Below, one piece after another: positions 32,842 to 47,075 of a DNA stretch of 64,000 nucleotides. The stretch is from Mobula hypostoma (Eukaryota), in assembly GCF_963921235.1 (NCBI RefSeq), contig NC_086118.1, forward strand, positions 27,158,001 through 27,222,000, written 5' to 3'. The translations under genes were made by a program, and so were the position numbers. Under the pieces are notes generated by a model. The model was not told the DNA's origin. It made no database searches and saw nothing but the letters and a program-made list of their open reading frames with translations. The number at the start of each line of letters is the position of its first letter. The first letter of the stretch is position 1.

Positions 32842-35800
32842 GTTGAATAAATAATTTTGTTTTGTTTGAATTTTATGAAATTGTTGATAACCAAATTAAG
32901 TAGCTTTGAAAAATTAGTTTACAATAAAACTTTATTTGTGTACAGTATGTGGGGGACTTCAGCTAATGGTGGGGATTTTCGACTTGCATGCCCAAGTTGT
33001 GTCTATTCTCCAACTACTTTCATTGAGAAAAATATTTTAAATTCAAAACTTAAAATGTTATCTTCACCATCCAGTATGTACTCCAGGTTATATAGTGTTA
33101 AGTATTTGTGGAAGACAGGAACACCAGGAATGATCACTTACTCTTTTTACACTGAGGACAGGCATGAAAGTGGATTCAGAAGTTGTGATATAATCCTGAT
33201 TTTTCATTGGACTTGTTCCATCTTCTTGTCAATTTTCATAGATCTTATTTAATGCTGTATAATTACTTGTGAATTTTTAATTGGTATTTTGTCTATTTTC
33301 TTTTATACAATTAGACCTAAACCTGAAGATTGACCATGTGAAAAGATGGTTTTCACAGGATCATGTAATTCATGATCAGCATTCAACAATGTACATTTGG
33401 AAGTTCTGCTGTTTTGTTTAATTCTCATTCTTTTCTCAAAGCCGAGCTTATTGTGAAGTGTTCCTGCATGCATAAATACAATAAAAAAAACTTGCAGTAA
33501 TAAATCAGTATTCTTTGTGTATTACCTTAAATGGAGTTGTTTTTGAATTATTTTCCCAAAGTACTTTAAGTTCTTACTTGTTCATTTAATTTTGGTGCTT
33601 TTTGTAAGTCCAGCCCCCTTGAACAATTACACAGACTTCTTTTTGGAAATATATGTGTAAGGAAATCATAGCTTGCATTCTAATGAAGTCAGGCAGATAA
33701 TCATACAGGGTAGGTTTTAGTCCCCATTAGTATCTTAACTTCAAAACTAGTTAAACACCCACATCACCACAACTTGTCACATTCATTTCATAAATGTCAT
33801 TTTCTCTGTATTTGCTCAGAATGCATCATTACTGTTCACATAAAATATTATATTTTCTTCTATGTTTGGTGACTGCAGTGTTTAAATTTGTAAATTGTTT
33901 CCAGTTACACGAGATTACATAGGGAATACAATAAACTTTTATTTTTTTAAAAAATTCGCTTTCACCTTGGGATACATTCTTGCATTGTAAAACTTGACCT
34001 TATTTAGGATTCAATTAATAATTCAGAGACTTATCCATGAAGCTAGGAGCTAAAACTTAGTATTCTTACTTCTAAGGTGATTTGGGAGAGAGAAAAATAT
34101 CATCTGGCTTTAACAACATATTGCATGATTCTTTGTTAATTAGGTAGTAGTGCAGCTCCCCAGGAAAAATGCTGGATATGAATTGAAAAGATGGAAAGGA
34201 ATAACTCACGTAAGATCTTTTGATCCTTTTTTTTGAGAAGTTAGAGACAAATCTATTTTTCAGGCATAATTGTTGCCAGGTCAATACTTCTGCAGATACT
34301 CCGTCTATTTAAAGGTCTTGATTTCTCATCAATTGCACTAAATCACCACTGGGAAATTTTGAACCAATGCATTGCTCTGTGTATTCCATAATTTTTCCTT
34401 TCTACAAGGAATGGTAAATATCTCTGGAGTACTTTTAGTGTGATAACTGTAGCTGCTATATTACATTGACAAGCAATAGAGGGTGAATATAAATTTATGA
34501 AAGTTACTGAACCTTGAGTTACCAGAATACTGCAATGAAAATCAATTCTAATTTAGTAATTTACAAACATTCTTTTTCGCTCATGGTCTGCTGGCTACAT
34601 AGAATAAATTTTCATGCCTCTTTAGTTTGCTACAGCATGTCAGGCAGCACTTGTCATGGAAGATGATTTCCTTTTTGAGGTGACAGTACATATGTTGTGG
34701 TGAGATTAATGTTCAAATTTTTGCAATTTGTTGAGGTGAAAAACTGACCACTCAAGCCAGATTATTGTAAAATTATGTCTAAGAATATTGCAATAATTTA
34801 GACAATATTACTTGTTGTTTGAATAGATTTCAAATGCAATATTTATTGTTCAATCTGAGATGTGCTTCTCTGAACTAGATGATAGTCTTATGACTGAAAG
34901 TGATTGAATGATATCCTTTCGGTCCACTAAAAAGGAGTCTAATGTGTCACTTTTAAAGTGAAATAAAAAATGAAGGGATATAATTTTAATATGTATCATT
35001 AAAAAATTTCTGTGATATTTGTTTTGTATATGCAAAGTACATAGGTTAGAAGGTTAAGCTTCCATCAGGTGAGTTCAGCCAGTGACTGGAGATTGTTTTA
35101 ACATACAAAAGTTGCTTTCAGTGAGATAATGAACTCAGAACTTTGTGGTACAATTTAAAATTAGAAGAACATTGTCCTTAACAACTGTATCTCTAACCAT
35201 GGAGCGATGCACAATTAGTCATGAAGTCTCCCCCTAACTAAGAAGATAATATCTAATCTCACCAGTCGAAAAGTATTCAGTAATGCAAAGCAGTGAAGGG
35301 AATAATGAAAAGATGGACTTGTGTATTTGTTGGAAAAAAATAACCCATTTTATTAACGCAGAAGAAAAAATACATAGAGCTTCTGAATTGTTTTAGAGGA
35401 AATGGTGAAATATGGAACTCGCTGAAATGTGGAGTACTTGAATCAGAAACTGTTCATCTGGAAGCTTGATGTATGTAAGAAAGTGAAAGTAATCAAGTGA
35501 TGTGATGGGAATATGTATGAAGTTGGTTTGAAGGGAGGATACATGCAGACATAGACTATCTGGATTGAATGATGTGTCTTGGTGCATTACATTTTATTCT
35601 ACAGTTACATTAAGAAAAATTTAATTATCTTGAACTATTTTCAAATTCTGTCTACCAATGCAAAATTACCAGATAGCCAAAACAGTATTTCATAGAGCAT
35701 AATTGTCTGGAGGAATGCTAAAATGTACTTAGTAAATTGTACACTTGGGCTGTTAATGGTTTAGTCAGCCATAGACATGAAAAAGGCCATATGTTACAAT

Positions 35801-35844
35801 GGATGATATTTAAGTTTACTGATGATATCACTGTTGCTGGCAAA

Positions 35845-38800
35845 TCAGCATCATGGAGGGAGATTGAAAATTTGGTTAAATGGTGCCAAAGCACTTAATG
35901 TTAGCAAAACCAAAGGGCTAATTATCCAGTACAGGAGGAAGAAGCCAGAGGTATATCACCCAGTCCTCATTAGGGAATTTGAGGTGCAGAGGGTCAGTAA
36001 CTTTAAAATCCCTGGCGCATTCATGTCAGAGGATCTGTCCTGACACCAATACATAAGTGCCATCACAAAGAAAGTATTGCAGCATCTCTGCTTCCTTACA
36101 ATTTCGTATATATTTGGCATGTCACTTAAAACTCTGACAAACCTATATGGGTGCACAGTGGAGAGTATCCTAACTGGCTGCATAATGGCTGGTATGAACA
36201 CACCAATACACAGGAATGAAAAGTCTGGAGAAAGTGGTGGGTACAGCCCGTTGTGTCGTAGGCAAAGCGCTGCTCAGCTCTGAGCACATTCGCATGGATC
36301 GCTGCCACGAGAAACCAGCATCCATCATCAACCATCCAGACTATGGTCTCTTCTTGCTACTACCATTGAGCAGAAGGTACATAAACCTTAGGGCCCACAG
36401 CACCAGGTTTAGGAATATTTATTAGAGTGTTTTGTGATTGAGTCCACAAGGGAAATAGAAATTCTGGATGTTGTGTAATGTTGTGCAAGCTTAAAGTAAG
36501 GGAATCCTTAGGTGCCAATGATCATAATAGGGCAGAATTTGCCCTGCAGTTTGAGAGGGAGAAGCTAAGATCAGATCTATCAGTATTAGAGTGGAGTAAA
36601 GGGTATGAGAGATCAGGTATGAGAGAGGAGCTAGTCAAAGGTGATTGGAAGGGGACACTAGAAGGGGATAAAGGCAGGAATATCTGGGAGTAATTTAGAA
36701 GGCGCAGGATAGATACATCCCAAAATGAGTAACTATTCTAAAGAGAGCATGAAGCAACAATGGCTGACGAGAAGTCAAAGACAACATAAAGCAAAAGAGA
36801 GTCATGTAGCATAGCAAAACCTCGTGGTAAACTAGAAGATTGGGAAGATTTTATAAACCCCCAGAAGGCAAATAAAAGAGCCATAAGGAGAGAAAAAAAT
36901 GAAATAAGAAGGTAAGCTTGCCAATAATATAAAAAAGAATACCAAAAAGCTTTTCAGACATATAAAAAATAAAAGAGGATATTGAACCACTGGAAAATGA
37001 TGCTGCAGAGGTAATAATGGAAGACAAAGAAACGGTGGAGCAACTAAATAAGAATTTTGTGTCAGGCTTCACTGTGCAAGACACCAACAAAATGAAAGAA
37101 ATTTGAGAGTGTCAGGGGGCAGAAGTGAGTTTAGTTGCTATTACTAAGGAGAAGGTGCTTGGGAAACTGAAAGGTCTGAAGGTAGATACGTCACCTGGAC
37201 CAGATGGACTGCACCCCAGGGTTCTGAAAGAGGTTGCTAAAGAGATTGTGGAGGCATTAATACTGGTCTTTATAGAATCTCTAGATTCTGAAATGGTCCT
37301 GGAGGACTTGAAAATTGAAAATACCACTCCACAAATTAAGAAGGGAGGAAGCAAAAGATGGGAAATTATAGCCTGTTAGCCTGACTTCAGAAGTTTCAGA
37401 ATACTTGGAGGTACATGATAAAGTAAGCCAACATCAGCATGGTTTTCATAAGGGTAAATCTTGCCTGACAAATCTTTAAGGAAATAATAGTTAGGATAGA
37501 CAAAGGAGAACCAGTGGATGTTGTTTACTTGGATTTTCAAAAGACCATTGACAAGTTGCCAGAGTAAGTTAACTCTGGCTGCAAAGCAAGTTAACAGCCC
37601 AATGTATTACAGGAAAGATACTAGCATTGATAGAAGATTGGCAGACTGGCAGGAAACAAAGACCGGGAGTAAAGATGGCCTTTTTAGATGGAATTGAAAT
37701 CTTTGTGGCCAAGTTTGAGGATGATACAAGGAGAGGTGGAGGGGCTTGTAGTGTTGTGGAAGTAAGGAATCTGCAGAAGAACTCAGACAATTAGGAGAAT
37801 GAGCAAAGTTGTGGCAGATGGATTACAATGTGGGGAAGTGTGTGGCCATTCACTTCAGTAGAAGCAATAAAGGTGTAGAGTAATTTCTAAATGGGAACAA
37901 ATTCAGAAATCAGAGGTGTAAAGGGATGTGGGAGTCCTCAAGCAGGAGTTCCTAAAGGTTAACTTGCAGGTTGAGTTGGTGGTAAAGAAGGCAAATGCAA
38001 TGTTAGCACTCATTTTGAGAGGTCTAGAATATAAAAACAAGGATGCAATGTTTTGGCTTTAGAAGAGGATTAGTCAGACCACATTTGAAGTATTGTGAGC
38101 AGCATTGGGCCCCTTGTCTCAGAAATAATGTGCAGACATTGGAGAGAGACCAGAGGAGATCCCAGGAATGAAAGGATTAAGGTACGATGGCTCTGGGACT
38201 GTTCTCGCTGGAGTTTAGAAGAATGACAACGGAAATCTTATTGAAGCCTCTTGAATATTGAAAGACCTAGATAGAGAATGTTTCCTGTAATAGGGAAGTC
38301 TAGGACCAGAGGGCACAGCCTCAGAATACAAGGTCGTCCCATAAGAACAGAGATAAGGGGGAATTTCTTCAGCCACAAGGTGGTGAATCTATGGAATTTA
38401 TTGCCACAGACCTCTGTGGAGGCCAAGTCATAGATTATATTTAAAGTGGAGGTTGACAAGTTCTTGATTAGTAAGAGCATCAAAGGTTATGGGGAGAAGA
38501 CAGGAGAATGGTGTTGAGAGGATTAATAAATCAGCCACGATGGAATAGTGGAGCAGACTTGATGGGTCGAATGGTTTAATTCTGCTCCTATGTCTTATGA
38601 TATTATGGTTCATTACCCAACAATTATCAGGCTTATGAATAAGCATGGACAACTTCACTCACTTAAAATCTGAACTGATTCCACAACCTACAGACTCACT
38701 TTCAAGGTCTCTACAACTCATGTTCTCAGTATTAATTATGCTTTTCTTTGCCAGAATTTGTCTTCCTTTGCATATTGGTTGCTTATGAAAAGTTTTTTTT

Positions 38801-38922
38801 GTGAATTCTATTGTATATCTTTATTTTCCTGTAAATGCCTGCAAGGAAATGAATCCCAAGGTATATATGGTAACATATACACACTTTGGTAATAAATGTA
38901 CTTCGACTTTGACATTGACTTT
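35845..38922 (+). mobile_element. Rex1/Babar LINE 3' portion split by CR1 (pieces ~35845-36424 and ~38611-38922)
   Basis: ALNVSKTKGLII.YRR, TLTNLYGCTVESILTGCI and ASIINHP..GLFLLLP..RRY.NLRAHSTRFRN; resumes after the CR1 with TTACCCAACAATTATCAGGCT; tail ACTTTGACATTGACTTTG. Confidence 0.8.
36425..38610 (+). mobile_element. Decayed CR1 LINE ORF2 (EN end to 3' UTR)
   Basis: LGANDHN, LKVDTSPGPDGLHPRVLKEVA, QHGF, VYLDFQK and KFEDDT; CR1-type 3' UTR and tail. Confidence 0.9.
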
Positions 38923-40334
38923 GGTTGAACGCAATATACTAATTTGTCTAAGAAGTTTTGTATCACTCGCCAATATCTCTCAAAGTTGCTGCATAGTAAT
39001 ACTTTTACTACTTCTTAGCACTGCTTTGCTTTCTAGTAAGAACTGTCACAATTATTAAGCTGAGAAATTGCATACAGATTATTCCTGGACCCATTGAGTT
39101 GTTACTGTATGTTAGGTGGAGAGTTAGGCATCGGGGCTGTATGAAGCCCAAGCAGATCCTTCTATATGGTTAATGACAGGCAGTTCATCAAAGGACAGAT
39201 TCCAAGCTGAATCATTGTGTTGGGATTCCACACACTTCTGGTTACAACTCAGTGCTTCAGCTATAAAAGTTATTCTGGTAATTCATCTGACACAGATCAT
39301 TTCACAGCGCTCTGAGGCCACATAAGTTTTAAAATCTGAAAGTGTGAACTCTGGTATCTAAACATCCGCAAAGGAGGCACTGAAACTGACAAGCCTAATG
39401 TCCTTCAAATGTTACAGTTCAACTGAACAAGAAAGTGAGTAAGTTCAAGAAGTTAAGATAAGCAATCATAAGGTAGTACACCATTCATTATTTGAAATCA
39501 TTGTCCATCCAAAAAAACGTGAGAAGTCAAATCTCAGAGTTGTATTGTACATGCATACTTTGACAATATAATGAACCTTTGAACCCTTGAATATACTCAC
39601 ACATATAAATTGAACTCCACAGGATTCATAGAAGATGTGGGAATTGGAGATGTATTATGGAACTAATGAAGATTACAGATTTTTCCTGCACTTCTGTTTT
39701 AGGAGATAAATTAGCAAGGATGAAATTAATTAGATATGCTCAAGTTCATATTAGTCTTAGGGTTTTATTTTCTAATCCATTTGAGTGAAAAAAATAAATG
39801 GATTAAACTTTGTAGAACTTGTTTAGTAACTAATTTGCCCTTTTTCTGCTGGAGTAGCTGCACATTTAATTGACAGATTTTCATATACTGATTTTGAAAT
39901 AAATCCATTAATTATGTATTCAAAACAGTGTGAAATAATGAAAGTAATAATGCAGAGAAACATTATTAATAAAGAAAAAGATGCATGCAATCAAAAAGAA
40001 TTGGACACATTTAATCAAGTGGAATTAAATAAAGTAAAACTTTTTACCTAAACTTTTTACTTCTGCTGGCTAATTACTTAATGGGGTTTATGGGATTTAA
40101 CCTGGTGCAGGCTCAGTGGGCAGATTTCTCAGCCTGAGGGTTGGGATACTAGTAGAAAATGTTGCTGCCACATCTAACTCCACATGGAATGAAGTGGAAT
40201 TGTCACAGGACAAGCACACTTCTAAACAGAAGGCTGCCAATCAGTTTGTGGTTAGGAAAAGTGTAACTTGCAGACTTGCTTATCGGCAGTTGTAAAGCAT
40301 TTCAGAATTGATGCAACCACAAAGAAGGCAAAAA

Positions 40335-40885
40335 GGTAGAAACATTTTATTAGGAGTTTGAGGAGATTTGGTATGTCACCAAAGACATTGGCAAATCTCT
40401 ATAGATACACCATGGGGAGTATCCTAACTGGTGCATCACTCTCTGGTATGGAGGGGACTTAAAACAGAATCAGAAAAAAGCTGCAGAGAGTTGTAAGCTC
40501 AGCCACCTTCACTATAGGCAATATCCTCCTCAGAATTGAGGACACCTTCAAAAACCGATGCCTTAAAAAGTCAACATCTATCATTAAGTATCCCCATCAC
40601 CTCCTCATTGAGGAGGAAGTACAGGACCCTGAAGGCACACATTCAACATTTCAGGAATAGCTACTTCATTTCTGCCATCGGATTTCTGAATGGACAATGA
40701 ATTCATGAATGCTACCTCATTATTTTTCCCTCAATTTTTGCATTTCTTGTTTAATTTAATTTTTACATGTAATTCATATTGAAATGTATAGGTTTTTTAT
40801 TATTATGTATTGCAATATAATGCTGCCACAAAACAAAAAAAATTAAAAAATTGTGCCAGTGATATTAAACCTGATTCTGATTTTG
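40335..40885 (+). mobile_element. Rex1/Babar LINE 3' fragment
   Basis: Homologous to 20104-20665; tail ATTAAACCTGATTCTGATTTTGA. Confidence 0.8.
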
Positions 40886-42284
40886 ACGATCAGCTCCAAT
40901 TTTACATTTTGGTGCAAAGGTAATAAAGAAGGGTACACAATTACTTTTGTTGTTACATGAATTGATTTGAATGGAAACATGAACCAAAAAAAAGTTAGAA
41001 AAATTAGTGTAACTTCGAGTGCAATTTGTCCAGATTTTGAGCTGTTCTCAAATCAAAAACTCTATACAGGGTCTGTTAATTTACAGTGTCGGTGAGAGAA
41101 GCTAACAAATCATCTTAGCATTTCATCACCTATTCAGAGAGATTGATAGTTTGTGTCTCCATTAGGCAGGCAGTAATCTTCAGTGCTCAGTGGATCAGAA
41201 GACTTGATAAACAGTGGTTGAAGGCATCTTTCATGAGAAGATCATTTAGTTACTAAATGGATACCAATGACACTGAAATTAGAAAATTATCATTGCAAAG
41301 CAGAACAGCCTAGAAACAGTTACACAGTATACCCTTTGGTAAATGCATCACAATCTGGATTGGTTTCTGACTTGATGGCATATTGAATATTTTGTAGTTT
41401 GCTTGATTCACACTTTGAAATATGAAATGTTGGCTCCTACTTAAAAAGTTACTTATATAATAGCTTTACTTCATTATAAGGACCAGTTTAGTAAAAGAAT
41501 ACTTTTAACTATACAGTGCCATTACGAATTTACTTCAAAAGATAAATAAAAGCCTACGTCTTTTCCAAATAATTATTGGAAGGCTCGTTCCATGTAATTT
41601 TGGTTTACAGGCAATATTATTTTTTCTGCTGCATAGTCCTCTTCAGCCACAATATAATATTATTTTGCAACATAATAGGAAATGCTGTTTAAAATAAATT
41701 CAGTCTTACTGATTTATTTGGTTAATAAAAGTTTTATTGGTGACTTAAACTGAATGCTATTTGCTAAAATCCCTCACATCCACACATTTTAAAACTATGT
41801 TAAAATGTTTAAAAATGTGTTCATCTTCAGCTGACTCCCTTGATAGTTTTAGAATTTAATGCTAATGAATGCTGGTACCATAAAATGACAATCTTATTTA
41901 AATTTACAGCAGAAATATATGTACCTCGGTGTCAATTTCATGGTAGTAATGATGCTATAAATGCTTCCAAGTTAATTCTTCAAATTGACCTAGTTTATGA
42001 TTTTACAATTTATGAGCAAATGTAACAATGACTGGAATGTTTATGATAGAGGCTAAATGTTTCCAAACTTATACCTTATTCCATCCCACTCTCCTAACTC
42101 TACACCCCCTGTCCCCTTCCTCAGCTCCTTCCTCAGCTAGTCCACTAATGCCACCTAAACCCTCCCTTTCACCTTTTTATACTGGCTATCTTTACTCTAT
42201 ACTTTCAATCCCAATGCAGGACCCTAGTTTGAAACATTAAGCATCCCTCTGCCAATGCTAAGGCAAGGGTAATTTTGCTGGTAT

Positions 42285-42550
42285 TGGACAGGGACTTGCA
42301 AAGTTTGATGGGAGACGCTGTTAACTGGTAAAGCTATTCCTAGCAAGTCTGGGTCAGGAAACAGCCTGCCAGAGGAAGCTGTAGAGGTGGGTGCAATTAG
42401 AAGATTGAAAAGACATTTGGATAGGTACATGCATAAGAGAGGTTTAGAGCAATATGAGCTAAGTATAGACAATTGGACTAACTCAGGAAATCACATTGGT
42501 CAGCATAGAAGAGTTGGGAAAATAACCTCTTTCTGTGCTGCATAACTCAG
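42285..42550 (+). mobile_element. CR1 3' fragment
   Basis: GGAACAGCCTGCCAGAGGAAGCTGTAGAGGTGGG...AAAGACATTTGGATAGGTACATG is a CR1 terminal motif. Confidence 0.6.
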
Positions 42551-43479
42551 TGATTCTACGTTTCCAGATGCTCTCTGACCCACTGCACTCCACCACAAAA
42601 TTGTGGTGTTGCTTTACAAGTTTATCACCACCAGATCTTGGGTGGGAGCAATTTCTTTCTGTCTCCTTGTTAAAATTCAAAACAGGATTTTGAATGGATC
42701 TGAACTCTGAGTAATGACAGCAAGCATAAGGCAAAAATCAGTTACTCATTTTTGAAAAATGCTGAAGATGGACAACATGGATAATAGAAGTAACCATGGA
42801 CAATGGTGAGGTCAAATGGGTTTCTGGCATTGCTCCTTTCGAAATGTTAGGCTTTCTTAATTCAATCATTTGGTTGTTTGCTAAAAATGAAAGACTTGAC
42901 GAATTCTTAGCTCTGATATGAGAATATTTATTTCTGACGCCAAGTCCAACAGAGAGAGATAGCAGAACTTTCGAACCTAATCTCGATTACCTTGAAATTC
43001 AACTTGGTAAATGATGAATGTGGAACAGTATATTCCCAATGGATGTATTAGCAATATGTAAATATTTTATCTTTAAAAAAAATATTCATTCAAGGAATGT
43101 GGGCTCAACAGACAGCGAGCATTTAATTGCCCATCTCTAATTCTCCTTGAGAAGGATGTGGTGAACCACTGTAGATCTTGAGGTATATGGATACCCAAAT
43201 GCTGTTAGGTAATAAGTTCCAGGATTTTGACAAAGGATCTGGAAAAGGTATGGGGCTAGAGGTATTTGAATTGATGTTTAAACCATCAGAGATTGATCTG
43301 CAGGGGAGTTGTGCATGTATGGGAGAGTTTTGAGGGAGAATTTGAAGTGTGGGAGCAAACTCAAACAACAAGAAGCATAAGATCAGGCATGGGCTGATTC
43401 AGCAGCCAAGTGTGTGCTGTTTTTCTTGGAATGGAAGGTGATTCATGTGAGTACATGATTTAAACAAATGGAGAAAGTG

Positions 43480-44905
43480 GGGAACTAGCAACCTTTGGCC
43501 TAATATCATGTTTTAAGGAAAATGCTGGTATCTTTAATAAAGGATATAACAGAATGCAACAGAGCACAGCCAACATGAATTTCTGAAAGGAAAGTCATGC
43601 CATGTGCTGAAAGTTTGCTGGAGTCATTTGAAGTCATAAATAGAGGATAGATGACATGGATGGAGAACTTGGTATCTGACAGAAAGCTAAGCATTGGAAT
43701 AAATGGGTCCTTATCAGCTGGCAGTCTGTGACTGGTTTGAGCCTCAACTTTTTACAACCAATATAGCCAATTTCTCTGAGAGGAACAACTGTCGCATTTC
43801 CAGGATTACTAACAAAACTGGATTATGTGGAATTATCATAAGGAGGGGGATGTAAAAGGACTAAAAGGGAATGTAAACATGCTGAACGAATGGCCAAAAA
43901 TATGCCAGATGTAGAACATATAACAAAAACACTGAGATTTGGTTAAATAATGAGGGAATGGGAGTGTTGCTATTACAAGGGATCTGTAAGGCTTGCAAAT
44001 GCAGGATCCTCTCAGTGTCTACCCAGTTAGTAAAAGTCACCTACCACTCCTTTCTAACTCATCACCTGCAGCCAATTTGAACCCAGCTCTCATTCACAAT
44101 CCTTGTCCACTCATGGAATCAGCCAGTCTCAACCTGTTGCTCCTAGCTTTCTGTTACCGTGTTGCCTGTTGTGTTTAGTATCTGTTCTTTCTTTTTTTGT
44201 GGCCCCTTGCAGCTTCATATTTTGCGGTCTATTATTAAAGTTATTGCTCACCGTATATCGTCTCTGCTGCTTTCCCTTTGGGCCAACCCTCCTCTCCATT
44301 TATTCCCAGGACCCAGATGTGATTGTACAGAAGTCACTGAAGGCTATCATTTAGGTTCAGAATTATGAGAGGACTCAAACATAAAAGAAAGGAAGTCCTG
44401 TTACAATTCTATACAGACTTAATGAGATTGGACCTGCAGGTTTGTGTATTGAGTTTTGATCTTTTTACCTACGAGATATTTACTTATCATAGAAAGTGTG
44501 CCATTAAGATCTATCAAAGCAATTTCCAGGGATGGTGGGTTTGCTGTATAATGAGAGCTTGGGATGACTGAGACTATACCTACTGGAGTCTAAAAGAATG
44601 ACAGGGAAATCTGAAAGGGTTTGACAGGTTAGTCCTGGCAGGATCGTTTCCCTGGCTGAGGAATCTAGGACCAGGGGGCACAGTTTTGGTACAAGCTGTA
44701 GAACTGAAATGCACAGAAGTCGTTTTATTCAGAGGATGATGAGGCTTTGGAGTTTATTGCCTTGGAGTGCAGTGAAGTCTCTGATGTAATAACCATTCAA
44801 AACTGAGAATGATAAATCTTTGGACATCAGGGATTGTACTGGAAATAGTGCTGATCCCACAAAGGGATGCATGACCTTCTCCCGCTCCTATTTCTTACAT
44901 TCTCA
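43480..44905 (+). mobile_element. Highly decayed CR1 ORF2 pieces with an unrelated insert (~43995-44320)
   Basis: Remnants of QH.FLKGKSC and KHKRKEVLLQFY..LMR..L; TCTAGGACCAGGGGGCACAG; tail CTCCTATTTCTTACATTCT. Confidence 0.65.
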
Positions 44906-45608
44906 CATCATACCTTCTCAGTGTTGTAACCAGTGAAGGAAACGTGGCAATCAAATGGACCATAATGGTGATCTATAAAATGATATCAAAAACAACTGGA
45001 TAAATTGTATGTGTTGATCTTAGCTGAGAGATAATTCTGTATAAGGACACTGAAAAACATTTTCTGCTATTCTTTGAAATGTGCTCTGATTTTTTTTTTT
45101 GGTTGACCAGAGAGAGCAAAATGGCACTGTTACCCACTCACTACTTTCTCAACTTTACTAATTTCACTAGTCATGGTGCAGCTATCAGTGATTGCTGTGA
45201 TTGGTACTATGAGCACAGCACAGTGAAGGCCCTTCATCCCACAATACTGTGCCGACCTTTAAACCTACTCCAAGATCAATCAACCCTTCTCACCCACATA
45301 GGCCTCCATTTTTCTTTCATCCAGAGACTCCTAAAGGCTCCTAAAATACCAGGCTCTGCTACGATACACTTACAATACCCTCTGTATGAAAACAACTACC
45401 TATGACATCTCCTCATTCTATCCTTCAGTCACCTTAAAATAATGCCCTCTCGTATTAGCCCTGGGAAAATGGCACTGGCTGTTCTCTCTATCTTTTACTT
45501 TTATCATCTTATACACCTCTATCAAGTCACCATTGCTCCAAAGTCGAACACTCTAGCTCGCTGAACCTTTCATGACTTTGCAGATGACAGCAGCCTCAGG
45601 CACATTGA

Positions 45609-46270
45609 GGTTCAAGTTTAATTATCATTCAACCATACATGAAATGATAAAATGTTCTTCCAGGGTCAAGGTGCAAAACACACTGGCAACAACACATAAG
45701 ATACTGCACATAGCACAAATAGCACATATAGTTACAATTTCATAAAAACATAAAGTCACAAAGGAAAAAATTTAGCCCAAATCCCCGAGTGCCTGGCTTG
45801 TTCCACCACTGAGTGAACACTGGGGGCAGCACCCATGGGCAGGGCCAGCCCCCAACACAGAATCGATTCCTACATCCCCACAGAGGCCTCTCTCGCATCG
45901 CTTCAGCATCTCTTCCCCTGGGCGATTGCAACAGGCAACTCCTTGGCTTAGGCCTAGTCCTTGTCACAGCCGAGGACTATGCAACGCAGCTCCTCTGCTG
46001 TCGGTCTAGCAAATGAACCAGTGAACTGGACTTGCAGTATCCTACATTACTAATGTCCAACAGGGTCCTGCAATCACGATAAAAATGCTCAAGACAATCA
46101 CTCACACCCTTTTTTTGACCAGGTTTTTTGACCAATGTTGCACTGCAAGTCCAGGTGACAACGCAACAATAGTACACAATAGGTTCAGCTCCATCGCTAT
46201 CAAGCAACTCACTGATGGGATAGTCCTGTAGTACTTTATGTTCTTAGTATCCAGCAGTGACTTACCATCG
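45609..46270 (-). mobile_element. Unclassified interspersed repeat, copy 2
   Basis: Reverse-complement homology to 14040-14761. The translations also align (CLEHFYRDCRTLLDISNVGYCKSSSLVH vs CLGHFYGDYNTLLDIGNIEYCKSDSLFH). Confidence 0.75.
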
Positions 46271-46958
46271 TAAGAGACATGCAAGACAAAAAAATACACC
46301 TTTGATTGGACATGATCGGAAAACCCTATGGTTGTTAATGAAACCATGTTCCTCCACAAGGTGTATTGTAGTTTTGGTTGAGCTGTCAGCACAGAATCAC
46401 TTAAAGGTAACTTCAACTTACCATGCACTACTCTTACTACTAAAAACCACAAAACTTGCAAAATGATGTGCAACTGAGCTTTTAACCTATTTTGAAAGCA
46501 TACAGCAGCTGCTTACAATAAGTGCATTGGAAGGCAAGAGTTTAAAAGAAAACATCAGGCCAATCTCCTGACTCTGAAGAAACAAACAAATGATACTATA
46601 AAAATTCTAACTGTTTGCATTATCCCATTTAACCAACCAACCGGCTTAGTTAACAAGATAATTCCTGCTGTAAACTCTTAACTGGCACTTAGAAATTAAT
46701 TTTATGCATGCAGATTTCTATTTTTTGAAAACTCTTTATATAACTTATATAGCTCAAAAACATTTTCAAATTTGATGAGATTGTTCCAGTTTTCTTCATA
46801 ATCCTGTGTGTATGTACCAATTTTTATTTTGCTTTCTGCAAAAATCTTAATTAAAAGCATAAATAAAATGAACGCTTCTTCGTTCTTGGTTTGCTGTTTG
46901 TGAGTGTTTTTTAATCTGTTAAATAGCATTACATTTTTTGGATGCTGCTGTTCCCCAG

Positions 46959-47075
46959 CTGATTAGAACTGATAACAAATTAAAGCGGGATTCTACTCGA
47001 CAGTATCAGTTAATTACTGGGCACATTGAGATCAACGATGAGCACTATGTCTTTGCCACGAAGTCAAAATTTAAG
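46959..47075 (+). other. Candidate 117-nt phase-0 exon with a GC donor, or a conserved non-coding element
   Basis: Acceptor TGTTCCCCAG, donor AAG/GCAAGT, open frame LIRTDNKLKRDSTRQYQLITGHIEINDEHYVFATKSKFK, and several retained CpGs in AT-rich DNA. Confidence 0.22.
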
